Shown piece after piece: positions 24,540 to 39,541 of a stretch of 64,000 bases of DNA. The first letter of the stretch is position 1. The number at the start of each line of letters is the position of its first letter. The notes below the pieces were generated by a model. That model searched no databases and was not told the DNA's origin. It saw only the letters and a program-made list of their open reading frames with translations. Made by a program: the position numbers and the translations under genes. This DNA is from Schmidtea nova (Eukaryota): positions 253,394,001 through 253,458,000 of the forward strand of contig CM097882.1 in assembly GCA_044892505.1 (NCBI GenBank), in the 5' to 3' direction.

Positions 24540-24841
24540 TTAAATAATAAATGAAGTGCTAGTTTTAGTAGCCGACCCTTTCCAGACTTTTAGAGTTATT
24601 GACAAAAACAACAGATCAATGTGCATACATGTCTAGGTAGATACATCTTCATAAGAGTCAAAAAATTTCATCCGTAAATTCATCACAAACTCTACAAATT
24701 TACCATCAGTAAATTCCTCATAGCTCACTCCAAAGCTTAGCATGTAAAAGCGCTCAATGAAGGAGAATTTGTTAGAGAAATACTTTTAAAGTTTGCACCA
24801 CTTCTATTTCACGATACACCAAATAAAGATGTTATTATGAG
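24540..24841 (+). pseudogene. hAT (Buster/Charlie-like) transposase N-terminal remnant
   Basis: FRVIDKNNRSMCIH... and ...LNEGEFVREILLKFAPLLFHDTPNKDVIM, in broken frames. Confidence 0.55.
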
Positions 24842-25368
24842 CAGTGCCGTTCCTACGTTGCTACCGCTCAGGTGCAAAAACAATATTGCCGCCCTATTAA
24901 TTTAATTTTTTAATTAGAATTTGCTGATGTGCGGATCACCCGATGGGGGATTATTACCTTGTAAATATTAACCATTATGGAATTGAATACAGAATATGAA
25001 AACGTAATAAAAAGGAGTGAATAGAAAGTTTTCATTTATTTACGACAACATTTTAATTATAAAAAAGAAAAGTTTTTTTTTATTTTTTTTATAAAATGAT
25101 ACTAAAATTTGTAAATCAATAAAAATGGTTTAATATTTTTTCCAATAAACACAAAAAAAATTATTAGTTTTATATAAAACAAAATATTAAGTGTAAGTAC
25201 CAAAAAAAGATTTCACAATTATACTCTTCTTGCTTTTTTTACAGTTTAGTACTCCAAATTAAAATCAATTTTTTTAATTTAATTTTCTTTAAATATAATA
25301 ATAGTTGGTTGGCGGCCGCCCTTCGACTTGGCCGCTCACTTTATGCACACCCGCCAGGAACGGGCCTG
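24842..25368. mobile_element. hAT-type MITE
   Basis: TIRs cagtgccgttcct / aggaacgggcctg; TSD attatgag / attattag (7/8). Confidence 0.75.
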
Positions 25369-25414
25369 ATTATTAGGGGAATTTCTGTGGAGTCGGTCCT
25401 AAAATTTGTAACTC

Positions 25415-25560
25415 AAAAAATATTGAAATCTAAATTGGTAGGTAAAGATAAACAATATTATGTCAAGTGGCATAGATATAAAGAACTATCATGGATATCA
25501 TCAAAAACCTCGTAAAATGAATTTTCATACTATTTTTCCAAGCAATAGTTGTCCCAATAT
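25415..25560 (+). pseudogene. Maverick integrase chromodomain plus start of the next gene (minor-capsid-like), remnant
   Basis: KILKSKLVGKDKQYYVKWHRYKELSWI* followed by MNFHTIFPSNSCP; same gene order as 45240-45400. Confidence 0.55.
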
Positions 25561-26573
25561 AAAAGCACACTATTTTGTACCAACATTTGGATTAGAACAT
25601 GTTTAAATGTTTCTGAAGTAATTATTAGTTTTACTTTGTCTCCAACGAAAAACTCCGATAATGATGCTTGTTGAAGTGTATCATGTTCTGTTTTATTTTT
25701 TAATCCTGAAGGAGAAGCAGAGATAATATTAGAATTCGTGACAGTGTTGCAATCCTTTTCCTTTATATTTTTTTTAAAAACTTTAGGATGACAATGCACT
25801 AAGTGTCTTTTCCAAATTGCAACTCCTAGAAAACCAGCAGAACTTTACAAAATGAAACGGAAACCCCTGCATATAAAGTACAAGCATATTGTAAACTTGT
25901 TACTCCTTGACAATCCTTAATAAATTCTTATTTAAATGATAAAAAAGCATTTGAAATTTTATACGGAATTNNNNNNNNNNNNNNNNNNNNNNNNNNNNNN
26001 NNNNNNNNNNNNNNNNNNNNNNNNNNNNNNNNNNNNNNNNNNNNNNNNNNNNNNNNNNNNNNNNNNNNNNNNNNNNNNNNNNNNNNNNNNNNNNNNNNNN
26101 NNNNNNNNNNNNNNNNNNNNNNNNNNNNNNNNNNNNNNNNNNNNNNNNNNNNNNNNNNNNNNNNNNNNNNNNNNNNNNNNNNNNNNNNNNNNNNNNNNNN
26201 NNNNNNNNNNNNNNNNNNNNNNNNNNNNNNNNNNNNNNNNNTATGTGTGTGTGTGCATATAAATTCAACGTATCAAATTCCGTATAAAATTTCAAATGCT
26301 TTTTTATCATTTAAATAAGAATTTATTAAGGATTGTCAAGGAGTTTTTATTAATGTATGAGAATGCATGTTATATAATTATCCCATTTTGTTGAGTATAG
26401 AATTGCTTGCTTATTAAAACTTTTTGTTGCTCAAGGAATTCCTGTGTAAAATTTTTTGTTCAAAAAATGTTTAATTTAAAATGAAATTCGTGTTTAGACT
26501 TATGTTTTTATTAATATTTTTATGACATTGTTTAAATATGTTATAAGTTTTGATTATTTAGATACGAAAAATG

Positions 26574-29116
<2,543 letters not shown>

Positions 29117-29812
29117 TACTTTTTTCGTTGTTAAACAAGTGAGAAAATTCTAGAAAAAAATGTAATTATAGTTGGGTGGTTTTATATTATTACTACTAAC
29201 TTAAATGATCTATAAATGTAGAAAGGTGTTACAAGGTGCCCAACTATTCGATTGCCAAGTTTCATTGAAGTAACGGGTACCATTTATGTTTTCAATGTAA
29301 ACTTATAGTGACTTCATTAAAAATGCAAATAATTAACAAAACAACATATTACATTTAAAATATATTACATTTATTCATTATGTATGCATGTACATTAGAC
29401 CAGGGGTGGGCTGGAGCCGGCTCGGTCCGGCTCGCGCGAGCCGGTTGTTAAAATTTTTGAAACTCGGCGAGCCACTTGTTAAATTAACCCTAAAATCAAA
29501 AATAAGCCATTTTAATAGTATGTTTATGCAAAATATGCACATCGCGCCGATGTGCCACACACTCGCAAACATATCATGTGCGCAACACAATACACACATC
29601 ATGTGCGTACGTAAAATACGAAGTGCTTCGCTCTTGCTTGTGAGTGAGTCACAAGTTGTGAAGCTTCGGCACACTGCACATGTTATCGCCCGCTTTATTA
29701 TTTCATTCGTCACTTGTTGCAACTTTATTATTTTTATAATTTGTTCGTTTTCTACAAATTATATTTACTATAAAAACTTACTTTGTTTACTGAATTGACA
29801 ATACAAAATACA

Positions 29813-30115
29813 ATTAATTAGACTAATTGCTAAGGAAAGTAATATATGTAAAATTAAATTTTTAATTTACATAAATAAACAATTGTAAATTATTATCTGT
29901 AAATAATATAAATTCATTCATTTAAAAATTGTGTGAATATAAATTATATTATATAATTTATATAATATAAATTATATAATATAATTTATATTCACACAAT
30001 TTTTAAATGAATGAATTTATATTATTTACAAATAATAATTTACAATTGTTTATTTATGTAAATTAAAAATTTAATTTTACATATATTAGTTACCTTAGCA
30101 ATTAGACTAATTAAT
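29813..30115. repeat. ~300-bp AT-rich near-perfect palindrome inside the hAT 5' region
   Basis: The left arm (attaattagactaattgctaagg...gtgtgaatataaattatatt) is mirrored by the right arm; centre near 29964. Confidence 0.9.
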
Positions 30116-30178
30116 AATGGCAGTATTTAAATTTTAGATTTTTTTTATTAAAAAATGAAGAGAGTGTAAGGAAATTTA

Positions 30179-32354
30179 TTGTCCTTTGTAAATGTCAAAC
30201 AAACAAAACTCAATGAAGAAATACTAGAGAAAACAATAAATTCTGCAGATATTGAACCTATACAATCAACTTCAAATGAAACATCAGCTTCATGTTCATC
30301 AGCATCATCTACACTATCATTGGAATCATGCACAGTACGCAATAGTCAACTACCAGATTGTTGGACAGAAAAGCAAGTGAGTTTGTTCACAGAACATTAT
30401 AAATGGTTAGTGGTAAAAGTGGCAAATTAGGTTGTAAAGACTGTTGAAAAATAAAAACTTTAGGAATAGAAAACAAAAAACATATTCACGTATCAAATGA
30501 GTGGATTTTATGTTCAATAATTCCTAATGGAACTAAAAAAGACACAAGGCAAGCTTCTCTACGCAAAAAAATAAAAGAACATTCCACTTCATGCTCACAT
30601 TTAAAAATTCAAGAAACAATTATTCAATCTAACAAACAAGTTTTACCAAATGTAATTAAAACATTAAATTCTGAAGCAATTAACATTACTGTAAAAATTT
30701 TCAACACAGTTTATAGTCTTGTTAAACGAAACAGACCATTGTCTGATATAGAAGCAGCTTTGGAATTACAAGAAAAAATGGTGTTAATATAGGAAATTGT
30801 TTACATTCCAGGCGCACTGCCACTAGACTTGTCGAACATATTGCGATGTAGATTAAAAAAACTGTTTTTAAAAACATTATCAATCAAAATTCAAAAATTT
30901 GTATCATACAATTGCTACAAAAAGTACTTTGGTAATATATTTACTGTGTGAAGTACAGTCTGCAATTGAACCTCTCATGATTTTCGTAGATTTAAAAGAA
31001 TTGACGTCAACAACTGCCGAAAATATTTTTATGACCTTAATGGACTGTCTTACTTACTATGGATTTGATAAAAATTATTTACAAAGAAATCTCATAGGAT
31101 TCTGTTCAGATGGTGCTTCTACAATGTTAGGAAGAAAATCTGGAGTAGCCACAAAATTAACTGAAATGTGTCTAAATATAATCGTGTGGCATTGTTTGAA
31201 TCATCGATTGCAATTGGCACTAGATGATTCCATAAGCGACATTAAACAAGAAAATCATTTAGAAATATTTTTAGACAAAATATATGCGATATATCATCAG
31301 TCAAATAAAAACCAAGCCGAATCGGAAACTATTTCTAGTGATTTGAACCTAGAAATAATAAAAATTGGTCACGTTTTTGGACTTCGTTTGGCATTCTGTA
31401 TCTTACGAGCAGCTACTGCTGTGTGGAGAGCATACCCAGCGTTGTATAAACATTTTATCCAGTCCAAATCAAATTCAGGAATGGCCAAAAGATTAGCTAA
31501 TACACATTTTATTGAAGATTTAGCTTTAATGATAGATATCTTAGAAGAATTGTCAATACTATCCAATGCGCTACAATCAAGAAAAATTACCATATCTAAA
31601 GCTGATCAATTAATTAAGCGTTCAATAAGAGCTATAGAACTACACAAGAATAATAATTTTGGTGTCTATGAAAAAAAAGTTCAAAATATAATTTCATCAA
31701 ATGAGTTCAAATGCATACCATTTGATTACAATAATAAATTTGTAGCTCTTCCCAGAGAGCAATTATTAGATAGTGTGGCAAAGAATATGAAAGCAAGACT
31801 TTTATCGGCTAGTCATATAAATATGGATGAGGATAAGAATGAGAACAATGACACTGATAACTATGAAAAATTTGTGCAGCTCTTCGAGATTTTAGATCCT
31901 TCTACCTGGTCATTAGATAAAATTATGTCACCATGGCTAGAAGGTGAAGACATGGTTAGAAAATTATGTGAAATTTTAAAGTTTAAAGTAAATAATAATG
32001 ATTTTCGTGACTTTGTAGACGCAAACATACAGCTGAAAAATGTTCAGTTACCTAATTCAATTTTAAGGGCTAAAAAATAGCAAGCACAATTGCTATTAGC
32101 AGTTCAGAAGCTGAGAGAGGTTTTAGCCTTATGAATTTAATTGCATCAAAATTAAGAACCAGCCTTACTGTGGAACATATATCCAATTGAATGACAATAA
32201 ATTTATTGGGGAAACCAATAGCAAATTTCGATGCCATTCCTTTTGTTACATCTTGGATGAACCAGAATCACAGGTTAGCAACAGAACTAAGGGTAAGAAG
32301 AGGGCACAATAATGATGTTTCTGCAAATGAACAAGGCATATGGACTCTACATTA
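30179..32354 (+). pseudogene. Disrupted hAT transposase
   Basis: LPDCWTEKQ, FCSDGASTMLGRKSGV, WHCLNHRLQLA, and [13 protein letters not shown] after a frameshift near 32080. Confidence 0.9.
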
Positions 32355-32587
32355 ATTAATTAATTAATTAATTAGGCATATACATAGCATAGTATGTTAA
32401 ATTTGAAATTTATCAGTTTTTTTGTGCAATAAATATTTTGTTTAGTTATTTTGTGCAATAAATGTTTTGTTTTGTTATATATATTTTATACTGTACAAAA
32501 ATAAATGAAGACAATGTACGCATTTACCGTTTTTTTTTGAAATAATAGCGAGCCGGTTGTTCAAAATTTGGCAGCCCACCCCTGCAT

Positions 32588-35156
32588 TAGACCAATGACA
32601 TTTTTTAATCTTTTGAGAAACCCATTGCAATCGATGAGCTTTTGGGTGTGTATAACTAATTTGAAAACGATTTTTAAAAATATTTGAAAAAGGTTCCGCA
32701 CCAAAAAGAATTTCGGATACACCATTTAATCAGCTTTTACAAGAAAGTCCATTTTTCCATGATATTCAGTATTGACTGATGTAACAGGAATATATGAGGA
32801 ATAATTTTATTTTCAGTGTAATTGTTATAAGTTATTGCTGGCGAGAAATTTCAAGTGCAAATATTAGTGTTGGTTTGAGAAAGCACTTAATTCTTCCATC
32901 TTTTTCACTCCTCTTTCAGCCACGATATTCGTTCTGCGAATGTCAAGCAAGGATTTCTCTGTGCTCCAATGTCTTTTGAGACAGTCAATAGAAGGATTGC
33001 TCTGAAAGAGATAATTTAGACAGTTATACAAAAGTCTGTCATAAAACGGTGACGCTGAGGACCCCAGGTCCCGGGTGCTTACCTTAGTCTTCTTCAGTCC
33101 TTGCAGCAAATTACTGAATGTGTCTTCTTCAAACTTCTGATTGGAAAACCAGGCTTGCTGCCACTCATGAAATGAAATTACCGGCTCCACGCAGCTTTTT
33201 TTTCCATGCAAGCAGAAGAAAGAAGGCAAGAAGCACATAGATGGCACGAGAATTCCATCTTGATTGGTGTAAGCTGGGCAGCTTGTGCCACACAATGACA
33301 GGAAGTACACCAGATTCCTGAACAAGTGAAAAGCATATGTCATTGGGATTACTGCATACAGATTTAAAAACTCACCTTATAATGTCGATATGATTGACAG
33401 AGTTCGTACAAAAATTTAAAATCGGCTCTCCAACCAGGATTTGATGAACGGTCGATTTCCTGCTCCCCTTTATAAATTATGTTGAAACGCTTCATAATCC
33501 TTTAGCAATGTATCGATAAAGGAGTAGTTGACCGAAGGTTTAGTGGATGGTGTTTCGAAGAAGTCCAGTACGTGTTTTAAAATAAGGTCAAGAATATGGT
33601 GCTGGCAACCTATGTATTGCGGTTCTGGATAACCTTTCTGAACCACTTAGCTTTTTAACTTCTTCACTATTTCATTGCGGTGACCACTATTGACAGCAGT
33701 GGTATCACAAATAATCATCGTAATATGTCGTCAAGCATCAAATTCATCAATTAAAGATTTCAATTCTCTGTAAATATCTTCCGCTTTGGCATTTCAGTAT
33801 TCCCTAATTTATTTGCCGTTCTTCATTCTGCAGTATCACAACTTCATATTCTTGTTGGGAAATCTTTGTACCATCAAAATGTAAGCAATAACTGGTTCCG
33901 TCTCGAAGCATTGCTTTTATTTTTTTATTTTTTTTCTCCCCGGCTCTAATAACACTGCGCCATACACCACTTTGTGATGGAATAGGCAAAGTAAACCCTT
34001 CGGCAGATAAATTCTTGCAGACTTTCGATGCCTGGTGCGTTGACAACGATTTTTGAGTTACAAGTTTGCTCGCAGATGAAGTGATGTTGTATATTAATTG
34101 TGACGAGCTGCAGCTTGAAGAGGTATTTGAATATGCACTTTGTGATTGACTGTCAGTGTCACTGGTATCGCTATTGCTTGTTTCAGGAACTGCATCTGAA
34201 GTAGTAGCTTTAGATTGTTTAAGACATGATCTCTTTGATGGATGAATACTTGAGAGTGGTGCTGGTTTTCCTGTGGCATACCCTACTTGTCCTCCAGATT
34301 CTATTTGGCTTTTGTAAAATAGTTTATCCTCACTACTGAGCCATAAGCCATCTGTCTTTATAATATTAAAAACTGTTCTCATCTTATTTTGAAACTTTGA
34401 TGATTTTTTTCGGCTATTGTTTTCGTATTCTGCAACAATTTTATTAACTTTTTTTAAAATCAAAGGCTTAGACACAGTAGGAAAGCTAAACTTATTCCAT
34501 AAATGCTGCAGTTCCTCGGTTATAAACGAGATCCGTTTGCCTCTCTCTTTCAAATCCGTTCTTAGTTTTACAAATCTTCCAAGGATATCTCGGTTTCTTT
34601 GCATTTGTACTAACTCCATCAAATTGTCGACTAAAGGAATACTCGAATTGCGCTTTATTTTCATGGAGGTAGACAGATTTTCCGACCAGATACTTGTATT
34701 TTTTTCTACTGAATTTAAGGACTCCTTGAACGACATTGCTACAATATAAGAGGTAAATTTAACATTTTTATAGTTTTCTGTAACATAAAAATCTTGACAA
34801 AAGCAAACTTACATTCTTTAAAAAACACAAAAGCTTATACAGGTCTCTGTGATTAGCTAAAACAAAGTATTAAATCTGCTGATTTCCTTTTATGATAAAT
34901 GTAAAAGTTTTTTAATGTAACAGTGATAATAAACATAATATTTCACAAATACTAATGAGTATTTATGAAATCTCGATTTTATCATTCACGTACTGTAATA
35001 CATAGAAACCGAGATATCAATTATAGCTTTGGTGCGGAACCTTTTTATCAGTTTCATTCAAATAAACTCGATTTTTTGTATGTTTATAAGAAAGTTCATC
35101 ATTTTTTCGGGGTTTCAAATTAAAATCTCAAAAAAAGTTAAAATGTCATTGGTCTA
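32588..35156 (-). mobile_element. hAT-superfamily (hATm-like) transposon with a disrupted transposase (~32790-34736)
   Basis: TIRs TAGACCAATGACATTTT / AAAATGTCATTGGTCTA; original TSD ATGTACAT at 29388-29395 and 35157-35164; motifs LHFDG, CDTTAVNSG, GCQHHILD, AERGVK. Subfamily label is from memory of these motifs. Confidence 0.85.
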
Positions 35157-35220
35157 ATGTACATATATCTATAAAAATCAAAAATACCGTACCAAGCAAT
35201 ACTTATTAAAAGTATTATAA

Positions 35221-37434
35221 GTCAATGTGATCTTTGGCACTGAGTATCATTTGCCAACGCCTCATAATTAGAGTTATAGGCCGATGTTCCTTTCCGCAGA
35301 CATTCGTCAAGATGCTCGTCGGTAATTCGGGATCTGTATTTTGATTTTATTACGTTTATGGTTGGAAACAATGATTCGCATAAATATGTGGAACCGAAGA
35401 ACGATTTTATCTTGTATGCTGCTATTTTTAAGAATGAAAACTTTTTTTGTCAACCAAGTTCCAAAAGTTATCATCCGTTATATAGGATTTCAGCACAATG
35501 TCATTTATTAAATCCAATATCTCAAGTTCCACCTGCTCCGATCTTTTTTCAATAAGTATACTAATTTATGACGCTAATGTTGTTACATTTTCATGGCTAG
35601 TAAATGGATTTACAAAAAAGATGACCATTGACTCTATATTAGTAAATTGTTCAAATCTTTTTTCAAACTGTTTTGTGAGTGTTTCAAGGTGTATAATAAA
35701 TGATGAAGGGTCAGCATTATCACCTGTTACCAGCTTATTCATATTTGGGAAATGCACGAGGGATTTAATTTTCAAATGAGATATCCATAAATGCAACTTT
35801 GATTTAAATGAGTTTACAGAGCCTGTCATTGTAGTAATATGTTTCTCTTTTCCTTGCAGTTCCAAGTTTAAAGTATTCAATTTATCCATGATGTCGGTGA
35901 GAAACCCCGAATCCAATATCCACAAAGGGTCGCTCAATTGATCAAAGTGTTGATTTTTAGATTCGATAAATTTTTTAATATCTTCAATCAAACTTAAAAA
36001 TTTTATGAGCACTTTGCCTTTAATGAGCCATTGTACTTCTGCATGCAAGATAAGATTGGAATTTTCATTTTAAGTACCTTCTATTAAGGCCTTGAATAGT
36101 AGGTGTTGTAAAGGCGCTTCTAGAATAGAGTTAACAATTTTCATTAAAGTGTTTTACTGCACAAAACTTCCTGATGGATAATACAATGGTACGCTATAAA
36201 GTTAGGAAAGCATTCATCTTTCTTGCACAGGGCAAAAGATCCATTGATACTACAGGCCATTGCTGATGCTACGTCAGTTGTGATAACAGATAGCTTGTGG
36301 AGAGGCATATCTATTGATGTTGCATACGTTTTGAATATGTTGAAGATATCCTGACCTGATGTTCGGGCTTTAATTGGCAATATTTTCAGATGTGAAGTCA
36401 CAGTGAAGTCAATAAAAGCCATTCTCACCATGACTGCCAACTGTGCGGTATCTGATATTCCAGTTGACTTGTCAAATTGCAAAGCAAACCAATCACATAT
36501 TTCTAAGTCATTTTTAGTTGAGTTTGCATGTTATTTGAAATTGCATGTATTCTTCTTGTAACCGTATTGTCTGACAACTGTAAATCTTGTATTGCTGACA
36601 TACATATTTCACGCTTGTAGGAAAATATTTCAAATAAGCAGTCACCGCCAGTAGAAAATGCTTCTTTTATCAGCTCACCATTTTGGTACGGTTTTTTCTT
36701 CTTTGCAAGCATGTGAGAAATTTTAAAAGAAGCAATGGTGGCATTTTTAGATTTTACCACCTGTCGTGTGAAAACTGCCTGCTGAACAGATAACTTTAAT
36801 TTGAGGTCTTTTATTTTTTTTCTTTCTAATTTCAGATTTAATTGAATAATTGGTATCAAATAAGCCATGGTTAGAATAGAAGTGACGTTTAACATTATGT
36901 TTTTTGTCACTGCAACTGTACTACCGAACAATAGACAAACATATTTATCTTTAACATTGATGGAACAATAGGATACTTCCCAATCTGTGTTAAAATTATA
37001 CGTTCGAGGTCTTTTACTGGGCGCACCCATTTTAGACTTTAAAAATATTTATATTAAAATATACCAATGAAACGAAAAATAGGAAGCTAATAGTTTTAAA
37101 ACAGACTGATATATTGGAATTTCAATTTATAAATACGTAATTTGAACATGAGTAAATTCCAAAAGCAAAATTCAAACAAACCGGCATCTGTACATATATA
37201 GTTTATCATCCATGGTATTGGTTAATTTAATAAATATATAATAAACTTTATTTTAAATTTCCAAGTAACTAGCCTACTATGAAAAAATATATTTTTTCGG
37301 ATTTTAAAATTTCAGAATCTAATAATTTAGTTTTTTCTAATATAAAATAAGATCTTTGCTTTTTTTCATGGTAGCACACATAAAGCAGCCGGAGGGCGCA
37401 ATGGTGCCTGCGGGCATATGGTTGGAAACCACTG
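35221..37434 (-). mobile_element. hAT Buster/Charlie (GTF2IRD2/ZBED8-like) transposon; transposase broken, distal end not found
   Basis: TIR GGTTGGAAACCACTG ending at 37434. Fragments: KRPRTYNFNTDWE, DLQLSDNTVTRRI, STGISDTAQLAV, YHCIIHQEVLCSK, FGSTYLCESLF. Confidence 0.9.
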
Positions 37435-37875
37435 GGTTAGGTAGTTTTAAATTGAAATTTACAATGAATGCCTTTAACTTAATCGCTGCAGACTTACAAG
37501 TATTGTTAATTTAAAGATTCTGTCAGGTAGTATAATATTATTCAATTCACTTTTTTACAAAAGATAAATATCAGTCTATTGATGGTTCATTAAAAAGTAC
37601 TGTTCACTGTGCTACAGCAAAATATTAATTAATAAATAATTATAAATTCAAACTTGTAACAATTATTAAATACAGAAAAATAAAGTTCATTTTTGAAATT
37701 ATAAAAAATTTGAAGATTAAATTTGTAAGGGGTTTTTGGAATAATAATACAGTAATTAGACAATGTATAAGTAAAAGCTTTTATATTGATAATCGCTATT
37801 TCTAAAATATTAATATAAAAAAATATTTTAATTATTGCTAATTTGACCCTTTTGCCACGAATTCCCAGTGTAGTA

Positions 37876-38381
37876 TTAGGTTAATCCCAAGATCCTGGAT
37901 AATTTTTAATTTTCATTGATCTTTTTATTTTAAGAACAAGAAAAGACGCATGAAAAGTCACCATTAGTCACCTTGCAATCATTAATAAAAAAGGTCTAAT
38001 TATCATGCACGATAACGTCAGGCCTCACGTATCGAAAGTCACTGTAAAAGAATTACACGACTTAGGATTTGAAGTTCTACCGCATCCACCTTACTCACCC
38101 GATCTATCACCAACTGATTTCCACTTATTTAGACATTTAAGTCTTTATATCAAGGGAAGGAAGTTCAAAGATCTGGAGGAGAGAAAATTGACAGTTATCA
38201 CTTTCTTGGACTTGAAACATGAGACTTCTTTTAAAAAAGGTATAGAAAAATTCCCTCATCGATAGCAAGAGTGTATAATGTTGATGTATTATATTTTGAT
38301 TAAATAATAAAAGTTTAAATATATTTGTATGACTTTTAAATTATAATCCTTTTAGCGGACATTTCATTCCTGACAACCTAA
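37876..38381 (+). mobile_element. Deleted mariner element (transposase C-terminus at 38005-38265)
   Basis: HDNVRPH, HPPYSPDLSPTDFHLF. Right TIR ...tcctgacaacctaa-TA; the left TIR matches only ttaggtt. Confidence 0.85.
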
Positions 38382-38771
38382 TAGAAGTTGATTACAAATA
38401 GATAAATTATGAAATGGTGATTTCTTGGTAGCACCATTAATTAAATATAAAATAATTAATAAATAACAAAATAAAAATACACGAGTCAATGGGAAACCCG
38501 GACAAATTGAAAAGGTGAACCAAAAGAAGCCCCAATACAAAATTAGATTATCAGGATTGCAAAACGAAATAAATTAAATTAGAAGGAGTAATAATCGTTT
38601 CAGATCTGCGAAAATTGAATTAGAACCTAAAAGAAGAAAAATAGTCATATTATTTTTCCATTTCATGAAAATTTAATTATAGTAGTTTTGCAGTGAAAAC
38701 TCTAAAAGAAACATCAAACAACAGCCAATTGCCATTTTTGGCAAATTGGAAACCACATTTAGTAAGTAAGG

Positions 38772-39127
38772 TCATTCTCTCAAGAAAAGATTTAGAGTAA
38801 CCATTTTAAATTTCAACTTAACTAGAGCGTCGATAATTTTTACATAATAAACAAATGTAGAAGATATTGACCCAGCACGAAACAATGATCCTCTCACCAT
38901 ATTCCTATTATATTTAGATTCACAAAAACTCTCAGGCTTAGAATATAGACCAGTATCAGTCGACTTCCTATATATTTCAGTGTTATAATATTTTGCCTTG
39001 TGTTGAATGAGTAAATCTAAAAACGGAATAGATGGCATTCTTTCTTCGTCAAAAATGAATTTAATGTTTCTTTGTAAACCATTTATGTAATTCAAAAAAC
39101 CCTCACATGCTCATGACTTTCAAAAGC

Positions 39128-39179
<52 letters not shown>

Positions 39180-39541
39180 AACATAACGTTTGTACACAGT
39201 TGGTTTAATAAGTTAGTATGATGAGATTTTCCTTTCCAAACTAGATATAAAAATTGTAGACATGGCGCTAAGACAGAACTTATTGAGATACCAATCACTT
39301 ATTTGTACCATTCACTCTTAAAAAGAAAATATAACATATGACGTTGTAAATTCAAGTAATTTACGAAAAGCTTTTTCATCCACATTCTTATGTTCAAACT
39401 CATTTTCATTCCACATTTTACAACATAAATCAATCGTTTCCAATAATGAAACATTAGTAAAAGACTGCGAATATCAAAAGAAGCCATAATTTTATCTTCA
39501 TTATTAGGTTTCAATTGTGCAAATAAAAAAGCAAATTCCAA
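38772..39541 (-). pseudogene. Decayed Penelope-like RT, related to the 14.9-16.5 kb element
   Basis: MASFDIRSLL, IPFLDLLI, IYRKSTDTGLYSKPESFCESKY vs IYRKITDTGLYTSPESFCDFKY; interrupted by (TA)n. Confidence 0.85.

Larger units (their letters stand above)
29401..32584 (+). mobile_element. hAT transposon (ZNF862/KIAA1586-like transposase)
   Basis: TIRs CAGGGGTGGGCTG / CAGCCCACCCCTG; perfect 8-bp TSD CATTAGAC (29393-29400 and 32585-32592). Confidence 0.95.

Noticed and set aside
29378-29798. Overlapping 114-aa and 136-aa ORFs
   Set aside because: They span the GC-rich TIR and subterminal repeats of the hAT element and show no protein motifs.
38428-38448. TAGCACCATT resembling the miR-29 family 5' end
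   Set aside because: Only a 7-bp hairpin is available, far too short for a pre-miRNA.
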